Sequence record: DRR378314_541
DNA length: 36,412 nucleotides
Reading direction: 5' to 3' (one strand)
Made by a program: the position numbers and the translations under genes. This document shows, piece by piece, positions 27,835 through 36,412 of this stretch (positions within the stretch are counted from its first letter, which is position 1; each line of letters starts with the position of its first letter). The notes below the pieces were generated by a model. That model saw nothing but the letters and a program-made list of their open reading frames with translations, did no database searches and was not told the DNA's origin.

Positions 27835-28569
27835 ATGCATGTATCCCGAACACAATGGCTGTGCGCCGGTCTCAGCCTGATCCTGTTTGCCGGTCTCGCC
27901 TTGGGCGAGGCCGGTCTCTGGCCTCTCGACGCATTTGATCGCGCCATAACGGATGCCATTCCCGCCCTGCGCAGCGAGTCTCTGAACCTCTTGATGCTGG
28001 CCGTCACGGCGCTCGGCGACAGCCGCTTCCTCATCTTTGTCAGCGTCGTCACGATTGGCGCACTCCTCATCGCGAAGGCCTGGCGCGAGGCGATCCTGTT
28101 CGGCATCGCATTCTCGCTGATGCCCCTCATCGTCAAAGTGCTGAAAGTCATGATCGCCCGCCCCCGCCCGACCGTGGACCTTTATGGCGGCGTCGAATCC
28201 TTCAGCTTTCCCAGCGGGCACGCGACGAACTCCGCCCTCATCTATGGCGCGCTGGCCCTGCTCTCCCACGCTGTCTTCCGCAAGCTGCCCGGTCGGCTGA
28301 TCGCTGCGGCGTTTGCACTCCTCGCCATCATGATCGCCCTGTCCCGCGTCTATCTCGGCGCACATTGGCCAAGCGACACGCTGGCCGGCCTTGGCCTTGC
28401 GGGGCTGATGCTGACGATCATTTCTATCCGGCATGAGGAGGCCCGCCTGCCCGATGCGGCAAAGTTCGTGCCGTTTGTCCTCATCCTGATCACCGCGGCC
28501 TTCCCGCTCTACCTGTTGGTTGCCCTTCCCGAAGCACGCGATCTCTACACAGCCCTTCACAGTGAATAG
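27835..28569 (+). CDS. PAP2 family membrane phosphatase
   Basis: K..IARPRP, SFPSGHA, SRVYLGAHWPSD. Confidence 0.93.
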   Translation: MHVSRTQWLCAGLSLILFAGLALGEAGLWPLDAFDRAITDAIPALRSESLNLLMLAVTALGDSRFLIFVSVVTIGALLIAKAWREAILFGIAFSLMPLIVKVLKVMIARPRPTVDLYGGVESFSFPSGHATNSALIYGALALLSHAVFRKLPGRLIAAAFALLAIMIALSRVYLGAHWPSDTLAGLGLAGLMLTIISIRHEEARLPDAAKFVPFVLILITAAFPLYLLVALPEARDLYTALHSE

Positions 28570-28607
28570 GCTCGCCCCGGACCGGCATTCAGGCTAAGCG
28601 AGCCGGA

Positions 28608-29912
28608 ATGCTAACCCGCGGAAAAGTCTTCTCCCTCGCCGTGCCGATCATCCTGGCGCAGGCCGCGACCGCCACGACGGGCGTGGTCGACACCGCCATC
28701 ATGGGCCGGTTCGGAGACAAGGCAGACCTCGCAGCCGTCGCAATCGCGGCGGTGGCCTATAGTTTCATCTATTGGGGCTTCGGCTTCTTGCGGATGTCCA
28801 CGACCGGCCTCACGGCGCAAGCCAATGGTCAGGGCGATACGGCAGAATCGCGCGCGATCCTGCTGCGCGCCCTGATGCTGGGCGGCGCCATTGGCCTGGC
28901 TTTGGTGTTGCTTTCTCCCCTGCTGAAGATCGGCACATTCGCGGCCTTCGAAGGCACGGAAACGGTCGAGACGCTTGCCAAAGGCTACTTTGATGCGCGC
29001 ATCTGGGGGGCGCCCGCCTACCTCATGGGCCTTGCCGTTACCGGCTGGATGCTCGGCACGGGCAAGACCGGACAGATGCTCGCCTTCCAGATTGTCCTTA
29101 ATGGCGTGAATGCCGGGCTGGATGCATGGTTCGTGGCCGGATTGGACAGGGGGCCGGCAGGCATCGGCGCAGGCACCGCTATCGCCGAATGGATATCGCT
29201 CGGCTTCGGTCTCATTCTGGTCGCGCCCGCCTTTCGCGGCCATGCTCGCCTGATCGACCGGGCGAAACTCACCGCACTGTTCGCGGCCAATCGCGATATC
29301 ATGATCCGCACACTGGCCCTCGTCTTCTGTTTTGCCTGGTTCGTCCGGTCCGGCACGCTGATTTCCACCGCAATTACGGCTGGCAATGAAGTCCTGCTGC
29401 AATTCATCACCGTTGCGGCCTTCGTGCTCGACGGGTTTGCCTTTGTCGCGGAAAAGGAAGCCGGCGAAGCCTATGGCGCACGGGATAGCAAACGGCTCAC
29501 CCGCGCCATGCGGCTGACGACCGAATTCGCCCTCATCTCGGGCGCGGCGATCTCCCTGCTCTACTTCTTCGGCGGCGGCTGGGTATTGCAAACCTTCATC
29601 CGCGATCCGGAGGCGCAGACCGCCGCACTGGCCTACCTTCCCTGGTGCGCGGCCGTACCATTTCTCGGCATTGCCGCCTGGCAGCTCGACGGATTATTCC
29701 TTGGCACGACGCAAGGCCGCGCCCTGCGCAATGCGGGCGTAATCTCTGCGGCGTTCTATCTGTTTGCAGACCTGTTGCTGCGCCCGGCCTATGGCAATAC
29801 CGGCGTCTGGGGCGCGTTCCTGCTAATGTACGTGTTCCGCGCTGCTGCGCTGGGCATCTATGTGCCCGGCCTGTTCAAAGGTCTTTCCCGATCGCCTCAG
29901 CCAGAGACCTGA
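28608..29912 (+). CDS. MATE family efflux transporter (DinF-like)
   Basis: GVVDTAIMG, GFGFLRMSTTG, LDGFA, about 12 TMs. Confidence 0.93.
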   Translation: MLTRGKVFSLAVPIILAQAATATTGVVDTAIMGRFGDKADLAAVAIAAVAYSFIYWGFGFLRMSTTGLTAQANGQGDTAESRAILLRALMLGGAIGLALVLLSPLLKIGTFAAFEGTETVETLAKGYFDARIWGAPAYLMGLAVTGWMLGTGKTGQMLAFQIVLNGVNAGLDAWFVAGLDRGPAGIGAGTAIAEWISLGFGLILVAPAFRGHARLIDRAKLTALFAANRDIMIRTLALVFCFAWFVRSGTLISTAITAGNEVLLQFITVAAFVLDGFAFVAEKEAGEAYGARDSKRLTRAMRLTTEFALISGAAISLLYFFGGGWVLQTFIRDPEAQTAALAYLPWCAAVPFLGIAAWQLDGLFLGTTQGRALRNAGVISAAFYLFADLLLRPAYGNTGVWGAFLLMYVFRAAALGIYVPGLFKGLSRSPQPET

Positions 29913-30927
29913 ACCCGTCAGCCTGCAACAGGCGGACAAGATCCTTGTTGATCTGCTCGGCAAGGCCCGGCCCTTCATAGACCATTGCGGAATAGAACTG
30001 AACCGCATATGCGCCCGCACGGATCTTGCGGTAGGCATCAGCGCCGCTGGCGACCCCCCCTGCCCCGATCAGGTCAAACGCGCCATTCAACTCGCGCGCA
30101 AATGCCGCCAACACATCTGTAGACGGATCCATAAGGGGCGCACCCGACAGGCCGCCAGCCTGGCCCTTGTCAGCGCTTTGCAAGCTTTCAGGCCGCGCCA
30201 GCGTCGTGTTGGAAACAATCAGGCCCGACAACCATGCGCCAGGGCCACGCACCACGCCGCAAATATCCGCAATCGCCTCAGCATCCAGATCCGGCGCAAC
30301 CTTCAGGAACACCGGCTTGCCATTTCGGTCCGCCGCGCCGCACGCCGTCAACAGCGCTTCGAGCGAGGCCTTGTCCTGAAGCCCGCGCAGGCCGGGCGTA
30401 TTGGGCGAAGAAATGTTGATCGTGATATAGTCCGCATGGGGCGCAACGGCCTCCACGCCCTTTACATAATCCGCAACACGATCCTCGCTATCCTTGTTTG
30501 CCCCGACATTCGCTCCCAATGGTACAGAGCCGGTGTAGACCTGCAAGTTCGACACAAAATTGTCGAGCCCTTCATTGTTGAAGCCCATCCGGTTGATCAC
30601 GGCCCTGTCTTCCGTCAGGCGAAACAGCCGCGGCTTCGGATTGCCCGGCTGAGGACGCGGCGTCACTGTTCCGCACTCCACAAAACCGAAGCCATATTTC
30701 GACATCGCCGTTGGCACATCGCAATTCTTGTCAAACCCGGCGGCCAGTCCAACCGGGCTGTTCAGCGACAGGCCGGATTTCGGCAGCGTAACGGCCAGCG
30801 TCGCATGCGCCTCCGGCGGGTTGATCGGTACGCCCAGCCGCGCCTTCAGCAGGCGGATCGTGGCGGTATGCGCGGCTTCAGGTGGCAACAACTTGATGGC
30901 GGCAACGCCAAGATCAGTCAGGCTCAT
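29875..30927 (-). CDS. pyrD: Quinone-dependent dihydroorotate dehydrogenase
   Basis: PEAAH, GLAAGFDKN, GNPKPRLFRL, NRMGFNN, NISSPNTPGLR, GGLSG. Confidence 0.97.
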   Translation of the reverse strand: MSLTDLGVAAIKLLPPEAAHTATIRLLKARLGVPINPPEAHATLAVTLPKSGLSLNSPVGLAAGFDKNCDVPTAMSKYGFGFVECGTVTPRPQPGNPKPRLFRLTEDRAVINRMGFNNEGLDNFVSNLQVYTGSVPLGANVGANKDSEDRVADYVKGVEAVAPHADYITINISSPNTPGLRGLQDKASLEALLTACGAADRNGKPVFLKVAPDLDAEAIADICGVVRGPGAWLSGLIVSNTTLARPESLQSADKGQAGGLSGAPLMDPSTDVLAAFARELNGAFDLIGAGGVASGADAYRKIRAGAYAVQFYSAMVYEGPGLAEQINKDLVRLLQADGFRSLAEAIGKDL

Positions 30928-31279
30928 GATTCAATTCCTCTGGCATCACCGGCGCTCCATCCGCCCCACAGGCCAGGCGCCAGACCGCATCGGCCTTCGC
31001 GATTTGAAGGCGTGTATACAGATGCGGGAACAATTGTCCGCCCCGGCTCGTTTCCCATTTGAGTGGTGGCAATCGGTCGACTGGAAAGCGGACAAGCCGC
31101 ACATTCTGTAGACCGGAAAAATATCTCGCTGCCGTTTCGCCTACCTGTTTCACCGTGGAAAGATGGACATAGCCATCCTCCCGGTCGAGCGGCACATCGG
31201 TCACACCGCTGGCCTCAGCGGCACGCCACTGGTCGTCGGTCAGAAGCTTGTAGACATATGCGTCATCCATACGCGCCAT
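30914..31279 (-). CDS. DUF952 domain protein
   Basis: VYKLL...W, DREDGYVHLST, LKWE.SRGG.LFPHLY; immediately upstream of pyrD. Confidence 0.9.
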   Translation of the reverse strand: MARMDDAYVYKLLTDDQWRAAEASGVTDVPLDREDGYVHLSTVKQVGETAARYFSGLQNVRLVRFPVDRLPPLKWETSRGGQLFPHLYTRLQIAKADAVWRLACGADGAPVMPEELNHEPD

Positions 31280-31344
31280 TCAGCAGGCTTTGACGCCGGG
31301 CGCAATATCGGGTCACTGTTGGAAAGGAATTGGGGACACACATC

Positions 31345-31770
31345 ATGCCAACCCACATTACTCAGGAAGAAGCCGAAACCCTCTACCTGCCTGATGGCCA
31401 GACCGTGGCAGAGGCGATTGCCGGGTTTGACCGCTTTTCAGACCTGATGGACACGCGCTTCAGGATTGCCGGCGTTCCGTTCGGGCTCGACTCCGTGCTC
31501 GGCCTCGTGCCTGTGGCGGGCGATGCGGTCACCGGTGTCGCGGGCCTTTACGCCCTCGGCACAGCGGCGCGCCACAAACTGCCCATCACGGCGCATATTC
31601 ACATCGTCTGGAATCTGGTCTTTGACACGCTGCTTGGGTCGGTCCCTCTGGCGGGGGATGTCTTCGACTTCTTCTTCCGTTCCCACCGCAAGAATTTCCG
31701 CGTGGTCGAGAAACACCTCGTCAAACGCGCGCGGCGCCATCAGAAGAAAATGGCCAGGGCAAAAACCTAG
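31345..31770 (+). CDS. DUF4112 domain membrane protein
   Basis: LMDTRFRI...FGLDSVLGLVPVAGD, GSVPLAGDVFD...N. Confidence 0.88.
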   Translation: MPTHITQEEAETLYLPDGQTVAEAIAGFDRFSDLMDTRFRIAGVPFGLDSVLGLVPVAGDAVTGVAGLYALGTAARHKLPITAHIHIVWNLVFDTLLGSVPLAGDVFDFFFRSHRKNFRVVEKHLVKRARRHQKKMARAKT

Positions 31771-33596
31771 ATGCTGGAATCGGCCTTGTCGCTGGCGCGC
31801 GAGATCAACCATTCACCCTTGCCGGATTCGCAGGCGGCAAACCGGCCACGTTCCTTGCCCGGAATGACATAGGAAATATCCCGGCAGGTCAGCATGACGC
31901 TACGCTCGACTTGAGCCGACACCGTGCGCTGCACCGCGCTATACTCGCTCACCGAATAGTTCACGGTCTTCAAGACAGGGCGGCTCGCTTCGCGCATCGT
32001 CGTCTGCTCGACCATGATCTGAACCACGCCGCCATTCGGCAAGGCCAGCTTGCGGGTCTCGCCATCCTGCGCCGTATTCACAATCGACAGGAAATCTGCC
32101 TGCAAGGTTGCCAGCAGATCATCGGCAAGGGGCGCGTCACTGGTGCGCTGGATGCGCTCCGCCACGAAGGCCTCGACATTTTGCGACGCCTGCTGGACCG
32201 GAACCGGCTTCTTGAAGGTGCGCACATGGGCCGCGTTCGGCTTCAGCGCCGCTGGGGCAGTGCGCTGAACCGGGGTCTGCGCCACGAGAACGAGTGGCTT
32301 TGAGGGCTTCAGGGACGCGGTCGTTGGCATCGGGCCTGTATAGGCGGCCCAGTTCGACACGGGCGCAGCGGCCTTGGCTGGCGCTTTCCGGACGAGTGGC
32401 TTCACGGTTGGCAAAGGCGGCGTCAATGGCTCGGCAGACAGGCTCACCGCGCTCGCCATCGAAACATACTGCACTTCGCCGCGCAGAGCCTGTACTTCAG
32501 CCGCCGCAATCCGGCGCGCTTCAGCCATACGGTCGGCCTCCAGATTGGCAAGACGCATCGCTTCTCGCTCAGCCTGGGCCAGTCGGCGGGCTTCCAGCTC
32601 GGCCAGACGGATTGCCTCGGCGCGGGCTGCGGCCTCGCGTTCCGCTTCCAGCTCGGCCTGACGGATCGCTTCCATCCGCGCGACACGGGCAGCCTCTTCC
32701 TCAGCAAGACGCCGCTTTTGGGCCTCTGCATCGGCCAGGCGTGTCGCTTCCGCCAAGCGGGCGAGGCGTTGCTCTTCCGCCAGTTGCTGAGCCTCGACCT
32801 CGGCAATCGCGGCAGCGGCGCGGCGCTCTGCCTCCGCAGAAGCGGCGGCGTCTGCAGCGCGCCGGGCCTCGACATGCTTTTCGTTGCGCGCGGCAATGTC
32901 GAACGCGATGGCCTTGTAATCAAACCACGGCTTGGTCGCCATGCCTGCCGGTTCGGACGCCGTTGCCATTGCCAGCGCAGATGCCTGGCTGGAGGTGATC
33001 CGCTGGCTGGTCGCTGCCTCAAGCGCCGCGCGCATTTCTGCTGCGTCGCCCTCTTCGTCGCCATCGCTGCCGCTCGTATCGGTCAGCGCATTGTCCGCCG
33101 CCATGAAGGACAGGCTGGCAAAGCCGAGCACGGCAAGGCCCGCAAAGGCGAGTTGTGAAAGCTTGGATAAACGCGCGCTCATGCCAGAGGCATCATCACC
33201 GTCACCGCCGCCCAACGTCAGCCCATTGGACAGGGTGATCGCCGGTAGGGCCCCACTCATGGAAGACATGGCCCGCGCCATCAGCGGCGTGCGCTCTGCC
33301 AGCGGCTCCACCCCTGCCCCGATCGGGCGCTTTGGCCGCGAAGCCCGCACAGGCTGTGCCCTGCGACGCGCCACATCCCGCGCAACATTCGGATGATGCA
33401 CACCAGAGGCAATGGCCAGCGTAGACTGGGGCCGCACCGCCCGGCGCGCTTCCAGCCGGTCGCGGAACGATACTTCATTCACGGCCGGGCGCGAGGCGTC
33501 GGCGCGGTCATGAACCGTGTCCAGAACGGCACGGCGGAGGCTTTCGGGAAGGATCGCAACAGGCTCGCGCCTATCTGTCAGGTGCATATCAAGCAT
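31767..33596 (-). CDS. Hypothetical single-TM protein with an Ala/Glu/Arg-rich coiled coil and a Cys-paired C-terminal domain
   Basis: TM LAFAGLAVLGFASLSFMAA; repeats such as AEEEAARVARMEA / AEAIRLAELEARRLA; Pro-rich linker; C-terminal CRDISY...ACESGKGEW. Start uncertain (33596 chosen). Confidence 0.75.
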   Translation of the reverse strand: MLDMHLTDRREPVAILPESLRRAVLDTVHDRADASRPAVNEVSFRDRLEARRAVRPQSTLAIASGVHHPNVARDVARRRAQPVRASRPKRPIGAGVEPLAERTPLMARAMSSMSGALPAITLSNGLTLGGGDGDDASGMSARLSKLSQLAFAGLAVLGFASLSFMAADNALTDTSGSDGDEEGDAAEMRAALEAATSQRITSSQASALAMATASEPAGMATKPWFDYKAIAFDIAARNEKHVEARRAADAAASAEAERRAAAAIAEVEAQQLAEEQRLARLAEATRLADAEAQKRRLAEEEAARVARMEAIRQAELEAEREAAARAEAIRLAELEARRLAQAEREAMRLANLEADRMAEARRIAAAEVQALRGEVQYVSMASAVSLSAEPLTPPLPTVKPLVRKAPAKAAAPVSNWAAYTGPMPTTASLKPSKPLVLVAQTPVQRTAPAALKPNAAHVRTFKKPVPVQQASQNVEAFVAERIQRTSDAPLADDLLATLQADFLSIVNTAQDGETRKLALPNGGVVQIMVEQTTMREASRPVLKTVNYSVSEYSAVQRTVSAQVERSVMLTCRDISYVIPGKERGRFAACESGKGEWLISRASDKADSSI

Positions 33597-33784
33597 GACC
33601 CTATCTAACCCCCAGCTGCCTACCTTATCCTTAACGCGGCCAGTATATCGCGTTAACCACGTGCAAACTATCCCTTCCGCGAAGACTCTTGTTGGATTCT
33701 GGTCCATTGCCCCGCTTGTCAGCGCGGGCATTCACTCCTATTGCATCCCCGCAACCACCGCGCCCCCATAGAAGGTACAAAGAC

Positions 33785-35020
33785 ATGTCCGTTTCCGCTC
33801 CGAAAAAAGTCGTACTCGCCTATTCCGGCGGACTGGACACGTCGATCATCCTGAAATGGCTACAGACGGAATTTGGCGCAGAAGTCGTCACCTTCACCGC
33901 AGACCTCGGCCAGGGCGAAGAGCTTGAGCCCGCCCGCGCCAAGGCGCTCGCCGCCGGGGTGAAGCCGGAGAACATTTTCATCGAAGACGTGCGCGAGGAA
34001 TTCGTCCGCGATTTCGTCTTCCCCATGTTCCGTGCCAACGCCGTCTATGAGGGCGTCTACCTGCTCGGCACCTCCATTGCCCGTCCGCTGATCTCCAAGC
34101 GCCAGATCGAGATTGCCGACATGGTCGGCGCTGACGCCGTCTGTCATGGGGCAACCGGCAAGGGCAATGACCAGGTCCGTTTCGAGCTTGGCTATTACGG
34201 CCTGAACCCGGACATCAAGGTCATCGCCCCGTGGCGCGACTGGGATTTCAAATCCCGGACCGACCTGCTCGCCTTCGCTGAGCAGCACGGCATCGAGATC
34301 ACCAAGGACAAGCGCGGCGAGGCCCCCTTCTCCGTCGACGCAAACCTACTGCACTCCTCCTCTGAGGGCAAAGTGCTGGAAGACCCGGCAGAGCCAGCGC
34401 CGGAATTCGTCCACATGCGGACGATCAGCCCGGAAGACGCCCCGGACGAGCCCGAAACCATCACCATCGGCTTCGAGCGCGGCGACGCCATCGCCATCAA
34501 TGGCGAGGAAATGTCCCCCGCAACACTGCTCACCGCGCTGAACGCCTATGGCAAGAAGCACGGCATTGGCCGGCTCGACCTCCTCGAAAACCGCTTTGTC
34601 GGCATGAAGTCCCGCGGCATCTATGAAACGCCCGGCGGCACCATCCTTCTGACGGCGCATCGCGGCATCGAACAGGCCACGCTCGACAAGGGCGCCGCCC
34701 ATTTGAAAGACGAGCTGATGCCGCGCTATGCGGAGCTGATCTATAATGGCTTCTGGTGGAGCCCGGAGCGCGAAATGCTGCAGGCCGCCATCGACCATTC
34801 ACAGCGCTGGGTGACCGGCGAAGTCACGCTGAAACTCTACAAGGGCCAGGCCTACCTCACCGGCCGCTCCAGCCCCTATTCTCTGTACCGGGAAGACATC
34901 GTCACCTTCGAAGACGACCACGGCGCCTATGACCAGAAAGACGCCGAAGGCTTCATCAAGCTGAACGCCCTGCGCCTGCGCCTGCTGGCGGGACGGGACC
35001 GGAAGTTTGGGAAGAATTGA
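33785..35020 (+). CDS. argG: Argininosuccinate synthase
   Basis: [52 protein letters not shown]. Confidence 0.98.
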   Translation: MSVSAPKKVVLAYSGGLDTSIILKWLQTEFGAEVVTFTADLGQGEELEPARAKALAAGVKPENIFIEDVREEFVRDFVFPMFRANAVYEGVYLLGTSIARPLISKRQIEIADMVGADAVCHGATGKGNDQVRFELGYYGLNPDIKVIAPWRDWDFKSRTDLLAFAEQHGIEITKDKRGEAPFSVDANLLHSSSEGKVLEDPAEPAPEFVHMRTISPEDAPDEPETITIGFERGDAIAINGEEMSPATLLTALNAYGKKHGIGRLDLLENRFVGMKSRGIYETPGGTILLTAHRGIEQATLDKGAAHLKDELMPRYAELIYNGFWWSPEREMLQAAIDHSQRWVTGEVTLKLYKGQAYLTGRSSPYSLYREDIVTFEDDHGAYDQKDAEGFIKLNALRLRLLAGRDRKFGKN

Positions 35021-35790
35021 TGCGTTGGTTTGAGCAATTTCTATCAGAAGACGAAATTGTTGTTCGGGACAAGTTTAATCGACGTCGCCTAATATCTCAA
35101 AGAAAATGGGTAGTTGCGATTTGTTCTGTAGGCCTACTTTTTGATAGCGAGAAAATTAGTCTGCTTGAGACATACGGGCCGTTTAACTTGGAACTCCTTA
35201 CGGATGACAACATCGCACTAGCTTGTTTCGCAGGCACCTCATTTATCACGCTCTATTGCCTTCTCCAGCTGCCCACATTTTTGTTAAACTACAACGACTA
35301 TATTCGAGAGTCATTCTCTCGACTACGTACTGCGGAAATTTCAGACGAAGCAGCCACGGTTACTGAGCTGCGCGACGAACGCCAGAGAGTTCGCAACGAA
35401 ATTGAGACTGTAGAGGCGCGCCTTGGAAAGCTTTCTGAACTTGCCCCGTTGCAACGAGAAACAGTTGGCCACGTGCGCGGTAGTCTTAGTCGGCAAAGTG
35501 TCCTGGAGAAAACGGCCGAATTACTAGACACCGCGATAACTAGCGACTTATCAGAGAAATTAAGTCGCGAAATTACTTCAGCTAATGATCAACTTTCAGC
35601 ATTAATGGACAGCTACATCGGAGTTGAAAAGCAACTGGAAGAAGCCTTATCAAAGCTGGGCGAAACGTCCATATATCGCCAACGAAAACTTGTTATGTTC
35701 CGCCTTACTGAGGTAGCCACAGATCTAACTAGAATAATTCCTACTCTCGCATTTGGAGGCTTAGGTATTAAGAATTTTTTTGGATGGTAG
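35020..35790 (+). CDS. Low-GC orphan membrane protein with a coiled coil
   Basis: ATG overlaps the argG stop (TGATG); two N-terminal hydrophobic segments, a heptad-rich middle and a C-terminal hydrophobic tail; AT-rich codons. Confidence 0.75.
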   Translation: MRWFEQFLSEDEIVVRDKFNRRRLISQRKWVVAICSVGLLFDSEKISLLETYGPFNLELLTDDNIALACFAGTSFITLYCLLQLPTFLLNYNDYIRESFSRLRTAEISDEAATVTELRDERQRVRNEIETVEARLGKLSELAPLQRETVGHVRGSLSRQSVLEKTAELLDTAITSDLSEKLSREITSANDQLSALMDSYIGVEKQLEEALSKLGETSIYRQRKLVMFRLTEVATDLTRIIPTLAFGGLGIKNFFGW

Positions 35791-35794
35791 CAGA

Positions 35795-36331
35795 ATGCGC
35801 ACCCATGCGAATCAATACCGCTTACGTCGCCCAAATATAACCATCCGTCCCTACACCCCTTCTGACCTCCCCGCCCTCTATGCGATCAACCAGGCCTCGA
35901 CGCCCGGTGTGGGGCATGAAGACTCGGCTGAGGGCCTGAAGCGCTGGATTGATCTGTCCACCTGTCTTGTCGCAACAGATGCGGGCGGCGCGCCGCTCGG
36001 CTTCATTACTTTGATCGAGCCCGGCACGCTGGCCTATGACAGCGCAAATCTGCGCTGGTTCGAAGCGTGGCAGGCGGAACAAGCCAGCGACCTGCTCTAT
36101 GTCGATCGGATCGCAATATCAGGGGCCGCGCGCGGACAGGGCCTCGGCCAGCGCCTGTATGAAGCCGCCTTCGTGATCGCGAAGGGCCGCCAATGGCTCG
36201 GCGCGGAAGTGAACACAGACCCGGACAATCCGGGATCGCACAAATTCCACACCCGCCTCGGCTTCGTCCGCATCGGCGAGAAACGCTACAGGCCGGACTA
36301 CGCCGTCGCCTATTATGCAAGGCCGGTATAG
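35795..36331 (+). CDS. GNAT family N-acetyltransferase (start uncertain)
   Basis: YDSANLRWF, LYVDRIAI, ARGQGLG..LY, EVN..PDNPGS..FH..LGF. Confidence 0.88.
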   Translation: MRTHANQYRLRRPNITIRPYTPSDLPALYAINQASTPGVGHEDSAEGLKRWIDLSTCLVATDAGGAPLGFITLIEPGTLAYDSANLRWFEAWQAEQASDLLYVDRIAISGAARGQGLGQRLYEAAFVIAKGRQWLGAEVNTDPDNPGSHKFHTRLGFVRIGEKRYRPDYAVAYYARPV

Positions 36332-36345
36332 ACGCCCGCCCCTTC

Positions 36346-36412
36346 CCGTCATCCCGGAATTTGCCTGAGCAAATATATGGGTCCCGGATAAGCGCGAGGC
36401 GCTTTCCGGGAT
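36346..36412. repeat. REP-like palindromic element (truncated at window end)
   Basis: Outer inverted repeat GTCATCCCGGAA...TTCCGGGAT; inner hairpins ATTTGC-CTGA-GCAAAT and TCCCGGATAAGCGC-GAG-GCGCTTTCCGGGA. Confidence 0.75.

Noticed and set aside
28570-28607. LexA box before the DinF-like MATE gene
   Set aside because: No GTTC-N7-GTTC/GAAC-N7-GAAC seen.
29875-29912. 38-nt convergent MATE/pyrD overlap as a regulatory feature
   Set aside because: Short tail-to-tail overlaps are common in compact alphaproteobacterial genomes; no further evidence.
32490-32880. Tandem DNA repeat or CRISPR-like array
   Set aside because: Degenerate codon-level repeats of an Ala/Glu/Arg coiled coil; no identical repeats with spacers.

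Overview
GC-rich (roughly 60%) alphaproteobacterial chromosomal window. Gene content and order suggest Caulobacterales/Hyphomonadaceae (inference). It is mostly core genome: a partial tRNA-Ser, msrA, gluQ, an alkaline phosphatase, the rpmH-rnpA-yidC-yihA-GNAT-argB-DUF1036-nucleotidase-dapD run, a DUF547 / TVP38 / flavin-disulfide reductase / orphan histidine kinase cluster, rluA-family, hrpB, a DAACS symporter, MATE, pyrD and argG. I found no CRISPR array, IS, integrase or prophage gene. The strongest non-obvious signal is five intergenic GGAAC-N16-C(G/A)TT motifs, the sigma-EcfG/sigma-T general-stress promoter consensus. Each lies in sense orientation before a small, poorly characterised envelope or membrane gene. 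Other points of interest are RBS-occluding hairpins, CtrA/GANTC-like sites, a low-GC orphan membrane gene inserted after argG, and a REP-like palindrome at the window end. All family calls are from motif recognition by eye, not database searches.
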